Below, piece after piece: positions 34,313 to 47,707 of a DNA stretch of 47,707 nucleotides (positions are counted from its first letter, which is position 1; each line of letters starts with the position of its first letter). The notes under the pieces are model-generated. The model made no database searches, was not told where the DNA came from, and saw only the letters and a list, made by a program, of their open reading frames with translations. Origin of the DNA: Clostridia bacterium (lineage in GTDB: Bacteria; Bacillota; Clostridia; Christensenellales; DUVY01); assembly GCA_036562165.1 (NCBI GenBank), contig DATCKP010000124.1:1-47707 (forward strand), written 5' to 3'. Both the position numbers and the translations under genes were made by a program.

Positions 34313-34341
34313 TTGCTATAACTAAGATATCATAATATAAT
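34313..34341 (+). promoter_or_regulatory. Promoter of the TVP38-family gene with near-zero leader
   Basis: TTGCTA (34313-34318), 17 nt, TATAAT (34336-34341), then 9 nt before the ATG at 34351. No SD. Confidence 0.45.
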
Positions 34342-34350
34342 AATAGTAAT

Positions 34351-35217
34351 ATGACTGAACAAGAAAAAGATTACGCAATCGAGCAAAATCCCCCGCAAAA
34401 AAAATTCGGGCCTTATCAAATTGTGAGCATAATCGTTTTGGCTTTGGTTTTGGCTTTGACCATAGCTGCGGGAGTTGTTTTAATCAAAGAACTAGGCTGG
34501 AAAAACATCTTTAACGCTGAAAGCGGACGAAAAAAGATACAATCGTATATAGAGCAATTTGGTTCTTGGTCTAAATGCGTTTACGTGGCTATAGTTTTTG
34601 TTTCGATAATTTTAGCGGTTATCCCTAACAACGTGGTCGCCATAGCGGGCGGATATTTATACGGCATCTGGCCTAGCATCGGGCTTACCCTTTTAGGCGC
34701 GATATTTGGAAGCCTTGCGGTCTTTGGGCTGTCTAGATTGTTTGGACGGCCTTTGATCTACCAAATTATAAAACCTGAAACTTTGCATAAAATCGAAAAT
34801 AAGCTGGAAGGCAAAAATTCTTTGCTCTTTGTCTTATTTATGCTCATACCTTTTATTCCCGGCGACGCCGTATGCTACGCGGCGGGGCTTACCAAAATGA
34901 AATTTACCCATTACGCCGTATTAATGAGCTTAACAAGAGTGCCCGGCACGGTGGTTTCGGCATATATGGGCGGCGGCGATATCGCTTGGTGGATTTGGGT
35001 ATTGTTTTTTGTAGGTTTGTTTTTTATAGTGGCTTTGGCGGCTATATTCGGTAGAAAAGTGGGCGCGATTTTGAGAAAAAGAAAAGGCATGGAAGCTCTT
35101 GCCGAATCTTTTGAGAGCTTAAACGATTTGATTGCCTTTAAGGTTATTCCCCAAAAAGACAAAAACGGCGTCGCGAAAACCAAAAAGGAAATATCAAACG
35201 ATAATCTAACGAAATAA
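34351..35217 (+). CDS. TVP38/TMEM64 (DedA-related) family membrane protein
   Basis: Multi-TM protein with the SNARE-associated/DedA-type core (VAIAGGYLYG...LIPFIPGDAVCYAAGLTKM). Confidence 0.82.
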   Translation: MTEQEKDYAIEQNPPQKKFGPYQIVSIIVLALVLALTIAAGVVLIKELGWKNIFNAESGRKKIQSYIEQFGSWSKCVYVAIVFVSIILAVIPNNVVAIAGGYLYGIWPSIGLTLLGAIFGSLAVFGLSRLFGRPLIYQIIKPETLHKIENKLEGKNSLLFVLFMLIPFIPGDAVCYAAGLTKMKFTHYAVLMSLTRVPGTVVSAYMGGGDIAWWIWVLFFVGLFFIVALAAIFGRKVGAILRKRKGMEALAESFESLNDLIAFKVIPQKDKNGVAKTKKEISNDNLTK

Positions 35218-35530
35218 ATTTAAAGTTTATGTCGTTTTTTATTTAAAGAAACAATCGGCTTTAGCAGTGATTTGACAAGGTGTTGATGCGGCAGGGCAAT
35301 ATAGACATTTAAAGGCGTTTAATAAAGCATTCTCTTAAGTTTATCTGTTGAAAAGCTCAAAAAAAGTTTTATTTTAATTTTTTACGACAGCCCGGCCTAA
35401 AAAGAATGCCTACAAGTCGTCAAATTCAAAGGCGTGGTCTTAAATACGCCATAGTTGTTTTAATGAATAATTATCAATAGGGCATTATCTTATTTTTAAA
35501 TCTGTAAATTATAATAAAAACAAATCATAT

Positions 35531-35570
35531 AAAAAACAGCTTACGCCTTTAGACGCAAGCTGTTATTTTT
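35531..35570. terminator. Terminator after ilvC (bidirectional shape)
   Basis: CAGCTT..CG / CG..AAGCTG stem flanked by A6 and a T-run. Confidence 0.7.
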
Positions 35571-35585
35571 ATTTTTAGACTATAA

Positions 35586-36599
<1,014 letters not shown>

Positions 36600-36637
36600 T
36601 TATAAATATTTTAAAAAACTTATAATTATTAAAACTA

Positions 36638-36666
36638 ATTATATACCCGCGTTTTTTAATAGTCAA
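36638..36666 (-). promoter_or_regulatory. Promoter of ilvC
   Basis: Minus strand: TTGACT (rc of 36661-36666), 17 nt, TATAAT (rc of 36638-36643). Leader about 45 nt. Confidence 0.6.
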
Positions 36667-36939
36667 ATTAATTCTTTCAAAAAAATAGATTGGTATTTAG
36701 AAAGCTTTTAAAACAAAATTCATATAAAACGCAAGAATTATCGGGTTTTATTTGCCTAAAGCTTTCTCTGGGCGGATTGAGATATAAAATGTTTTTAAAA
36801 AAATTTTGCTGATTTTAAGCTAAAAAGTCCTTGCTTTATAACCCAAATTGTAGTATTTTGTCTTTTGGATTTTTTTATAAAAAGGATTTGATGATTTAAA
36901 TAAATAAAAAACGGCAAAACTAAATTGGGGAAATCTTCC

Positions 36940-36985
36940 AAAAAATTCAAAAATTTTCAAAAAAATATTAAAATATATTAAAAAA
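36940..36985 (+). promoter_or_regulatory. Five phased A-tracts (UP-element / curved DNA) upstream of the rpoB promoter
   Basis: A-runs start at 36940, 36949, 36959, 36970 and 36980, a period of about 10 bp. They end 15 nt before TTGACA at 37000. Confidence 0.5.
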
Positions 36986-36999
36986 GGGCGCGTTAATTG

Positions 37000-37037
37000 T
37001 TGACAGCCCTTGACTTGCTATGATAACATAATAGAAT
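37000..37037 (+). promoter_or_regulatory. Candidate rpoBC promoter(s)
   Basis: Two overlapping options: TTGACA (37000-37005) with TGATAACAT extended -10, or TTGACT (37010-37015), 16 nt, TAGAAT (37032-37037). Either implies a leader of about 210 nt. Confidence 0.4.
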
Positions 37038-37250
37038 GCATTATTATCTCATTTTGCGTCTAAAGGCGTTTTTTGACGTTCTAAAAACGACTACGGCGCT
37101 AAGGACGAGTGAAAAAATGGCAATTTACCAATCAAGTAGTTAGATAATATCCACATTATATTATAAATATTACAAAATATCAATACTTTTTCGAAAATTT
37201 ATTTTTCCCAAAAGAACGCAAAAGTTTGTTACATATAAAGGAGATAGTTG

Positions 37251-40200
37251 ATGTCAGAGCAAGTTAAAATTCCTGTGAAGAAAGTCAAATACGGCTACAG
37301 GGAGCGTTATAGCTTTTCTAAAATCAAAGAAGTGCTTGAATTGCCGTATTTGATTGAGGTTCAAAAAAACTCGTATAAGAATTTTCTAGAACACGGGATT
37401 AGAGAAGTTTTGGATGACTATTCTCCCATAACGGATTTTACTGGCAAGATCGAGTTATATTTCTTAGATTATTCCTTGGAAGGCGAACCTAAATATTCCA
37501 TTAAGGAATGCAAAGACCGCGACGCGACTTACGCGTGTCCTTTGAAGGTTAAAGTCCGCCTTGTAAACAAGGAAATCGGAGAGATAATCGACCAGGAAGT
37601 TTTTATGGGAGATTTCCCTATAATGACTCCTTCCGGTTCGTTTATTATAAATGGCGCCGAAAGAGTAGTCGTAAGCCAGCTTGTTCGCAGCCCGGGCGTA
37701 TATTTTGACAGCAGCAAAGACAAAGCCGGCCACGACATATTTAACGCCACCATTATTCCTTCTAGGGGCGCTTGGCTTGAGTTTGAAGAAGACAGCAACG
37801 GCGTATTATGGGTGCATGTCGACCGCACCAGAAAAGTGCCCGCTACCGTGCTGTTAAAATCTTTAAGCATTACTCAAGCGCAATTGTATGATTTATACGA
37901 AAAGGTAGGCCCTAAAGACTTCTTTAGGGGAGTCAACGACCAGCAATATTTAGAAAAGTTATTCCTAAACAGCGGTCATAGATATTTCTTTAACGGCATA
38001 GGCACTTCCGAGCAAATCATAGACGCGTTCCACAACGAGCCTTTGATCAAAAACACTTGCGAAAAAGACTCTTCAAAAAAGGATACCAGCATCTTAACCA
38101 GCGACGAAGCTTTGATAGAGCTCAATAAGAGATTGCGCCAAGGCGACAACGTAATAGCCGAAAGCGTAAGAATTTATTTGTTTAACTTGCTGTATGACTC
38201 CAAGCGCTATGATTTGGCTAGAGTAGGAAGATATAAGTTTAACAAAAAGCTGGATTTGTTCCAAAGAATCAAAGACCGCGTAGCCGCGGCCGACGTAGTG
38301 TCTCCTAAAGGCGAGACCTTAGTAGTCGCAGGCGAAGTTATAGACGAAGCTACGGCTAAAAAGATTCAAAATTCGGGCGTAAACGAAGTCAGCGTATTGG
38401 TAGAAGATAACAAAGTATTTACCGTAATGGGCAACTACTTTATCGACCTGGACACTTATATCGATTGCAATCCAAAAGAGCTCGGCGTTTTGGAAAAAGT
38501 CCACTATCCGACCTTAGTGGCTTTGACCAAAGACTTAAAGACCAAGGAAGAAAAGCTCGAAGTTATCAAAGCAAACGCCGACAGACTCAGCCCCAAACAC
38601 ATTCTTTTGGACGATATTATCGCTACTATCAACTATATCATGGGCTTGCATCACGGCATCGGCTCTATCGATAATATCGACCACTTGGGCAATCGCCGCG
38701 TGCGTTCGGTAGGCGAATTGCTCCAAAACCAATTCCGTATCGGTATCGCAAGACTAGAAAGAGTAATCCGCGAAAGAATGCAGACGCAGGACACCAAAGA
38801 GATTACTCCGCAGTCTTTGATTAATATAAGACCCGTAAGCAGCGCGATAAAAGAATTCTTCGGCTCGTCTCAACTATCTCAATTTATGGATCAATCCAAC
38901 CCTATCGCCGAGCTTACGCATAAGAGAAAGCTTTCGGCTTTGGGTCCCGGCGGTCTTAACAGAGAAAGAGCAAGCTTTGACGTTCGCGACGTTCACTATT
39001 CGCACTACGGCCGTTTGTGCCCTATAGAAACGCCCGAAGGTCAAAACATCGGTCTTATAAGCTCTTTAAGCACTTACGCGAGAATCAACGAATACGGCTT
39101 TATCGAAACTCCTTACAGACGCGTCGACCAAGTCAACAAAAAAGTTACCGACGAAATTTATTATCTAGCCGCGGACGACGAAGACAATTATATTATCGCT
39201 CAAGCTAACGAGCCTTTGGACGAAAACCAATGGTTCGTCCGTTCTCGCGTTATGGCAAGATATAAGGACGAAATAGCCGAAATCGACCGCAACAAGATAC
39301 AATATATGGACGTATCCCCCAGCCAGTTGGTATCCGTCGCTACGTCGCTTATTCCTTTCTTGGAAAACGACGATACCAACCGCGCTTTGATGGGCTCTAA
39401 CATGCAAAGACAAGCCGTTCCGCTTTTGAGAACCGAAGCGCCTTTGATCGGCACGGGCATGGAATATAAAGTCGCTTACGACAGCGGCGTTATGGTAATA
39501 GCAAAAAGAGACGGCGTGGTAGATTACGTTTCGGCGGACGAAATTATCGTCAAAACGCCCGACGGACAAAAGGACGTATATAAACTCCTTAAGTTCCAAA
39601 GATCCAACCAAGGCACCTGCATTAACCAAAAGCCCATAGTCTACAAAGGCGACAAGGTTAAAGCGGGCGACGTTTTGGCTGACGGCCCTTCAACCGATCG
39701 CGGCGAATTGGCGCTGGGCAGAAACGTAAGAGTAGCCTTTATGTCTTGGGGCGGTTATAACTACGAAGACGCTATATTGATAAGCGAAGAATTAGTCCAA
39801 GACGATATATTTACGTCTATTCATATAGAAGAATACGAACTTGAAGCGCGCGATACCAAACTAGGCCCCGAAGAAATCACCCGCGACATTCCTAACGTGA
39901 GCGAAGATATGCTCAAGGACTTGGACGAAAACGGAATTATCCGTATCGGCGCCGAAGTCAGAGCGGGAGATATCTTGGTAGGCAAGGTAACGCCTAAAGG
40001 CGAGACCGATCCTACGCCTGAAGAAAGGCTATTGAGAGCTATATTCGGCGAAAAGGCGCGCGACGTGCGCGACACTTCTTTGAGAGTGCCGCACGGCGAA
40101 GGCGGTATCGTAGTAGACGTAAAAGTGTTTACTCGCGCTAACAAAGACGAACTCAATCCCGGCGTTCATAAGCTTGTAAGAGTTTATGTCGCTCAAAAGA

Positions 40201-41257
40201 GAAAGATTTCGGTAGGCGACAAGATGGCGGGCCGCCACGGCAACAAGGGCGTTATTTCCAGAATATTGCCCAAAGAAGATATGCCGTTTATGGCGGACGG
40301 AACGCCTATTCAAATCGTGCTAAACCCCTTGGGCGTTCCCAGCCGTATGAACATCGGTCAGGTGCTCGAAGTGCATCTGGGCTTAGTGGCAAAATACCTT
40401 GGCTGGCATATCGCGTCGCCCGTATTTGACGGCGCTACCGAAAAAGACATCGAAGCGCTTTTGAGAGAAAACAATATCGTCGCGCCCGACGGCTCTGTAG
40501 ACGGCAAGATAGAGTTATTTGACGGACGCACGGGCGAGCCTTTTGAAAACCGCGTAACCGTGGGCTACATGTATATGCTCAAGCTCGTCCACTTAGTAGA
40601 CGATAAGATTCACGCAAGAAGCACCGGTCCTTATTCGCTTGTTACTCAACAGCCTTTGGGCGGCAAAGCGCAATTTGGCGGACAGAGATTTGGAGAAATG
40701 GAAGTTTGGGCGCTGTACGCTTACGGCGCAGCCAACATACTCCAAGAAATAATGACTATTAAGTCCGACGACGTAGTCGGTCGTGTAAAAGCGTATGAAG
40801 CTATAGTAAAAGGCAATCCGATCCCCGAACCCGGAGTGCCCGAGTCTTTCAAAGTCTTGATCAAAGAATTGCAGTCTTTGGCTTTGGACGTAAAAGTCTT
40901 GACCGAAGACAAAGAAGAGATCGGCATCAAAGAAATTATCGAAGACGACAGAGACTTGATCGATATGGACTTAGACAACTTCAAGACTTACGAAGACATG
41001 AGCTTAAGCTTGGACGAAGGCGATCTCGGATTGTCTTTAGACGAACTAGCCGAAACAGAAGAAAAAGCCGAAGAAGAGCAGGATATCAGCGCGTTGTTTG
41101 AAGAAGACGACGACTTTGATTTCCTAAACGCTCCCGAAGAAATGCAGGATGAAGACGACGACGGGCTAGATTTTCTTGACGAAGACGACGAGTTAGATAT
41201 GTATGACGAAGACGCTTTAGACTACGACCAAGACGACGATAAAGAGGGTGATGAATA

Positions 41258-41258
<1 letters not shown>
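37251..41258 (+). CDS. rpoB: DNA-directed RNA polymerase beta subunit, with extended acidic C-terminal tail
   Basis: Conserved RpoB blocks throughout ([61 protein letters not shown]). ATG at 37251 is 7 nt after AAGGAG. Confidence 0.98.
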
Positions 41259-44788
<3,530 letters not shown>

Positions 44789-44810
44789 AAGTCAAAAAAT
44801 AATAAAAACA

Positions 44811-44853
44811 AACAAGCTTTAAAGCCACAAGGTTTTAAAGCTTGTTTTATTTT
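44811..44853 (+). terminator. Terminator after rpoC
   Basis: AACAAGCTTTAAA / TTTAAAGCTTGTT stem followed by TTTTATTTT. Confidence 0.85.
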
Positions 44854-44889
44854 GGTAACTAAAACTAAAAACCTTTAATACTATGTAAT

Positions 44890-45207
44890 ATGAAACCTAA
44901 AGCGAAGTTTTTGATTTTGACAGAAGACGACAGATTCATAGCCCAAGCTCAATGTTTTTGCGGCGAAGTGTTCGTTATAGAAGGCTTGCCGATAGGAAGG
45001 TATAAATTAATACAATATTCAGCGCCTTGCGGTTATGTATGCGGCCCGCCTGTTTATTTCGAACTTGACCGGCTGGGCTGCACAAGAATTTTGGACGTTC
45101 CCATAGGGATACCCGACGATTCTTGCTTTGAAGTCGATAAAGAAATCGATTATGCCACCTGCGCGAACGTGGCTATAAGAATTAACTGCAAAAAAGGCGG
45201 CTATTAG
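44890..45207 (+). CDS. Small Cys-rich protein resembling a single prealbumin-like (SpaA/Cna-B type) fold domain, no signal peptide
   Basis: EGLPIGRYKLIQYSAPCGYVCGPPVYFEL resembles the L..G.Y.L.E..AP.GY motif of Cna-B/SpaA domains. 8 Cys in 105 aa. No SD seen, so reality as a gene is moderately uncertain. Confidence 0.55.
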   Translation: MKPKAKFLILTEDDRFIAQAQCFCGEVFVIEGLPIGRYKLIQYSAPCGYVCGPPVYFELDRLGCTRILDVPIGIPDDSCFEVDKEIDYATCANVAIRINCKKGGY

Positions 45208-45225
45208 CCGCCGTTTTATTTTATT
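45196..45225. terminator. Bidirectional terminator between the small ORF and the dipeptidase gene
   Basis: GGCGGC-TATTA-GCCGCC, then TTTTATTTTATTTT, with A6 upstream. Confidence 0.78.
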
Positions 45226-46546
45226 TTGCAAGATTAATCATCGCGTCTTTATAGATTTCTATCAGCTTATAGAAATTGTCTATAGAAATAGATTCGTCGG
45301 TGTTGTGTATACGCGTGTTTTCGCCTTCAAACGCAGGGCCGAACGCAACGCCCACAGGCAAATATCTTGCGTAAGTTCCGCCGCCCGTTATTATGCCCTT
45401 TGAATTTGTTTTGCCTGTGACTTTTTCGTAAGAAGCAAGCAAAGTCTTGACCAAAAAGCTTTCGGGGTCGGCGTAAAGATAAGGCATATGATTCATTACT
45501 TCGATTTTCGCCCCCGGGAATAGATCGGACAAGCGGTTAATGATATTTTGTATCTTTTGCGGGATTGGGCATCTGAAGTCTAAAGTAAGCTCTAGGGTAT
45601 TATTTTCTTTATTATATTCAGCCGTGCCTACGTTGAGCGTTTGAACTCCGCTTCTTTCTCCGTCGTCTATATACACGCCCATATTTTTGCAGGCGTTTTC
45701 GTTAAGCAGGTAATGCTTTACAGACTTTGTGACGCCCCAAGCCCCTATGTCCTGCAAGAATCCGAATACTTTCCAAACGGCGTTATCGCCTTCATGCGGC
45801 GTGCTGCCGTGGGCGGACACGCCGAAGAAATTTACGGCAACCGTTTCGTCGTTTTCTTCGGCTTGGGCGTTGTATTTTTGGACAATTTCTTGCCAGTATT
45901 TAGGAAGAGCGGATTTTTTAAGCTTGATTTGGGCTTTTGCGGGCACCATATTAGGTCTAAGACCGCCCGTTAGTTCTAACACGTTGTTTTCCCAAAAAGC
46001 GTCCATTGGCAAAGTAGCTTTTAGCAGCAAAATGGTCTTTTCGCATATGATAAGCGGGAAATCCGCATCCGGCGAAAAGCCTGTTTTGGGCATTCTGCCT
46101 AGTTTTATGTAGTGTTTCATGCATTTGCAGCCGCTTTCTTCGTCGCAGCCTACGATAAGTCTTAAGGTTTTGTTAAGTTTTATGCCTTCGTCTTTGATTT
46201 GCTTTAAAGCGTATAACACGGCGACTATAGGGCCTTTGTCGTCTACAACTCCGCGGCCGTATACGCGGTTTTCGTAAATTTCGCCTTGAGCGCGCGTCCA
46301 GCCTTCGCCCAAAGGCACTACGTCCGCGTGGGCTAAAATGCCTATTACTTCGTCGCCCGCGCCGTATTCGATTTCGCCCGCATAGCCGTCAAAGTCGCGC
46401 GTCGTAAGCCCAAAAGACTTGGCTTTATCCAGTATAAAATCAAGCGCTTGCCTGATTTTTATGCCGAAAGGGGCGTTTTCGGCGGGTTCGCCTTTTACGC
46501 TCTCAATCTTAACAAAATCAATTAGTGTTTTTAATGCGTCGTCCAT
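45221..46546 (-). CDS. M20-family dipeptidase (PepV/Sapep-like)
   Basis: Metal-ligand blocks HADVVPLGEGW, GRGVVDDKGP and GCDEESG, and a C-terminal TGGGTYAR block typical of PepV-type dipeptidases. Confidence 0.88.
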   Translation of the reverse strand: MDDALKTLIDFVKIESVKGEPAENAPFGIKIRQALDFILDKAKSFGLTTRDFDGYAGEIEYGAGDEVIGILAHADVVPLGEGWTRAQGEIYENRVYGRGVVDDKGPIVAVLYALKQIKDEGIKLNKTLRLIVGCDEESGCKCMKHYIKLGRMPKTGFSPDADFPLIICEKTILLLKATLPMDAFWENNVLELTGGLRPNMVPAKAQIKLKKSALPKYWQEIVQKYNAQAEENDETVAVNFFGVSAHGSTPHEGDNAVWKVFGFLQDIGAWGVTKSVKHYLLNENACKNMGVYIDDGERSGVQTLNVGTAEYNKENNTLELTLDFRCPIPQKIQNIINRLSDLFPGAKIEVMNHMPYLYADPESFLVKTLLASYEKVTGKTNSKGIITGGGTYARYLPVGVAFGPAFEGENTRIHNTDESISIDNFYKLIEIYKDAMINLAK

Positions 46547-46593
46547 TTTAAGTCGTCCTTATGTTTTATAATTTTATAGGTCTTTTAAGCGTC

Positions 46594-46622
46594 TTGACAA
46601 TAAAACATATTAATATTAATAT
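46594..46622 (+). promoter_or_regulatory. Promoter of radC-gltX
   Basis: TTGACA (46594-46599), 17 nt, TAATAT (46617-46622). Confidence 0.5.
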
Positions 46623-46714
46623 TAATTAAATCGCTGCGTTTAATGATTTTTAATCAATTTACATATTCTGTAAAAACCATTATACTATAACAGCGAATAA
46701 GGGGGCAAGGATTT

Positions 46715-47473
46715 TTGAAAAAGGGTCATCCGCATACTGGACACAGGCAACGGATGAGAGAAAGGCTCAAAAATCTCGGGGCTGGCGATTTATACGACCA
46801 CGAATTGCTTGAAATGTTTTTATATCCTGTAATTCCGCTGAAGGATACCAACGAATTGGCCCATAGGCTTTTGGACGCTTTTGGGTCTTTAAAAAACGTG
46901 GTCTACGCCGACTGGAAAGAACTGCATAAAATCAAAGGCATGACCGAGATTGCCTCCCTTAATATATCGCTTTTGCCCGAGATCTTTAAACGGATTAATT
47001 ATCAATACGAGCTTGCCGCCGAACGCATAGATAATTTCGAGCAAGCAAAACGAGTGGCTTGCGCCGCTTTAAGCCATAAGACAAAAGAAGAAGTCTTGAT
47101 AGTGTGCTTAGACAGCGCGGGCAAAATATTAAGAAAGCGTATTATATCTCAAGGCGGACTCAAAGAAGCGTATGTGAATACGCGGAGCATTGCCGAAGAA
47201 GCGTTTAGGTTTTCGGCTGACAAAGTGTTAGTGGCGCACAACCACCCGTCCAGGCAAGCCGCTCCGTCCGAAAACGACCTTAAGTTTACGCAAAACTTAG
47301 CTCTTGCTCTTGCGTATTTGGATATACTTTTAATAGATCACATAATAGTAGCGGGCAATAACGCTTACAGCTTCAAAAAATCCGGGATTATAAACGGCAT
47401 TTTTGAAGACCACAAACAGCGTTTGCCCCAAAAGATTGTAGCCGATATTACTAAGGAGAACGATTTATGGTAA
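46715..47473 (+). CDS. radC: RadC-family JAB/MPN domain protein
   Basis: N-terminal HRQRMRERL...ELLEMFL helix-hairpin-helix region and JAMM motif [23 protein letters not shown] start as in the ORF track. Confidence 0.88.
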   Translation: MKKGHPHTGHRQRMRERLKNLGAGDLYDHELLEMFLYPVIPLKDTNELAHRLLDAFGSLKNVVYADWKELHKIKGMTEIASLNISLLPEIFKRINYQYELAAERIDNFEQAKRVACAALSHKTKEEVLIVCLDSAGKILRKRIISQGGLKEAYVNTRSIAEEAFRFSADKVLVAHNHPSRQAAPSENDLKFTQNLALALAYLDILLIDHIIVAGNNAYSFKKSGIINGIFEDHKQRLPQKIVADITKENDLW

Positions 47474-47707
47474 GAACAAGATTTGCGCCCAGCCCTACCG
47501 GTTATATGCACATAGGAAACTTACGCACGGCTTTGTATGCGTATTTATTCGCCAGAGCCAATAACGGAAAGTTTATATTAAGAATAGAAGACACCGACAC
47601 CGAACGAACGGTAGAAGGCGCGATTGACGTAATATACAGGACGCTAAAACAAGCAGGGATTGAATACGACGAAGGCCCCGATGTTGGCGGTTCATACGGG
47701 CCATATA
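47467..47707 (+). CDS. gltX: Glutamate--tRNA ligase (3-prime partial, runs off the window)
   Basis: Not in the ORF track because it is open-ended. ATG at 47467 gives [30 protein letters not shown]...ILRIEDTD, with the class I HIGH motif. Overlaps the radC stop (ATGGTAA). Confidence 0.92.
   Translation, partial: MVRTRFAPSPTGYMHIGNLRTALYAYLFARANNGKFILRIEDTDTERTVEGAIDVIYRTLKQAGIEYDEGPDVGGSYGPY

Overview
47.7-kb chromosomal segment from a spore-forming Firmicute, Clostridia-like. Supporting evidence: a Spo0A C-terminal domain at the left edge, DnaB/DnaI-type helicase loaders, a CIRCE element, sigma-A type TTGACA-17-TATAAT promoters, roughly 40 percent GC by eye. I call about 40 CDS, mostly housekeeping: cysE-cysS, pyk, uxaC, dnaB/dnaI-like, sbcCD, murA, metA, ilvC, rpoB-rpoC, pepV-like, radC, gltX. 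There are two monocistronic tRNA-Thr genes and many clear rho-independent terminators. I saw no CRISPR array, transposase, integrase, rRNA or recognisable defence island. I cannot point to one unambiguous novel system. The most interesting candidates are: (1) a response regulator, histidine kinase, ABC ATPase and ABC-2 permease module whose permease carries a ~585-aa extracytoplasmic insert, with a shared ATTATCA box in both of its promoter regions; (2) a lipoprotein that looks like an FMN-binding (flavinylation) domain split by a ~165-aa insert, next to a DUF3793-flavodoxin pair; (3) a double zinc-ribbon protein with an extreme poly-acidic tail, echoed by an unusually long acidic tail on RpoB; (4) a possibly leaderless membrane protein plus catalytically dead Fic-fold protein operon; (5) an ABC-ATPase-fold protein with all catalytic motifs degenerate. 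All functional calls rest on motif recognition by eye. No searches or folding computations were run.
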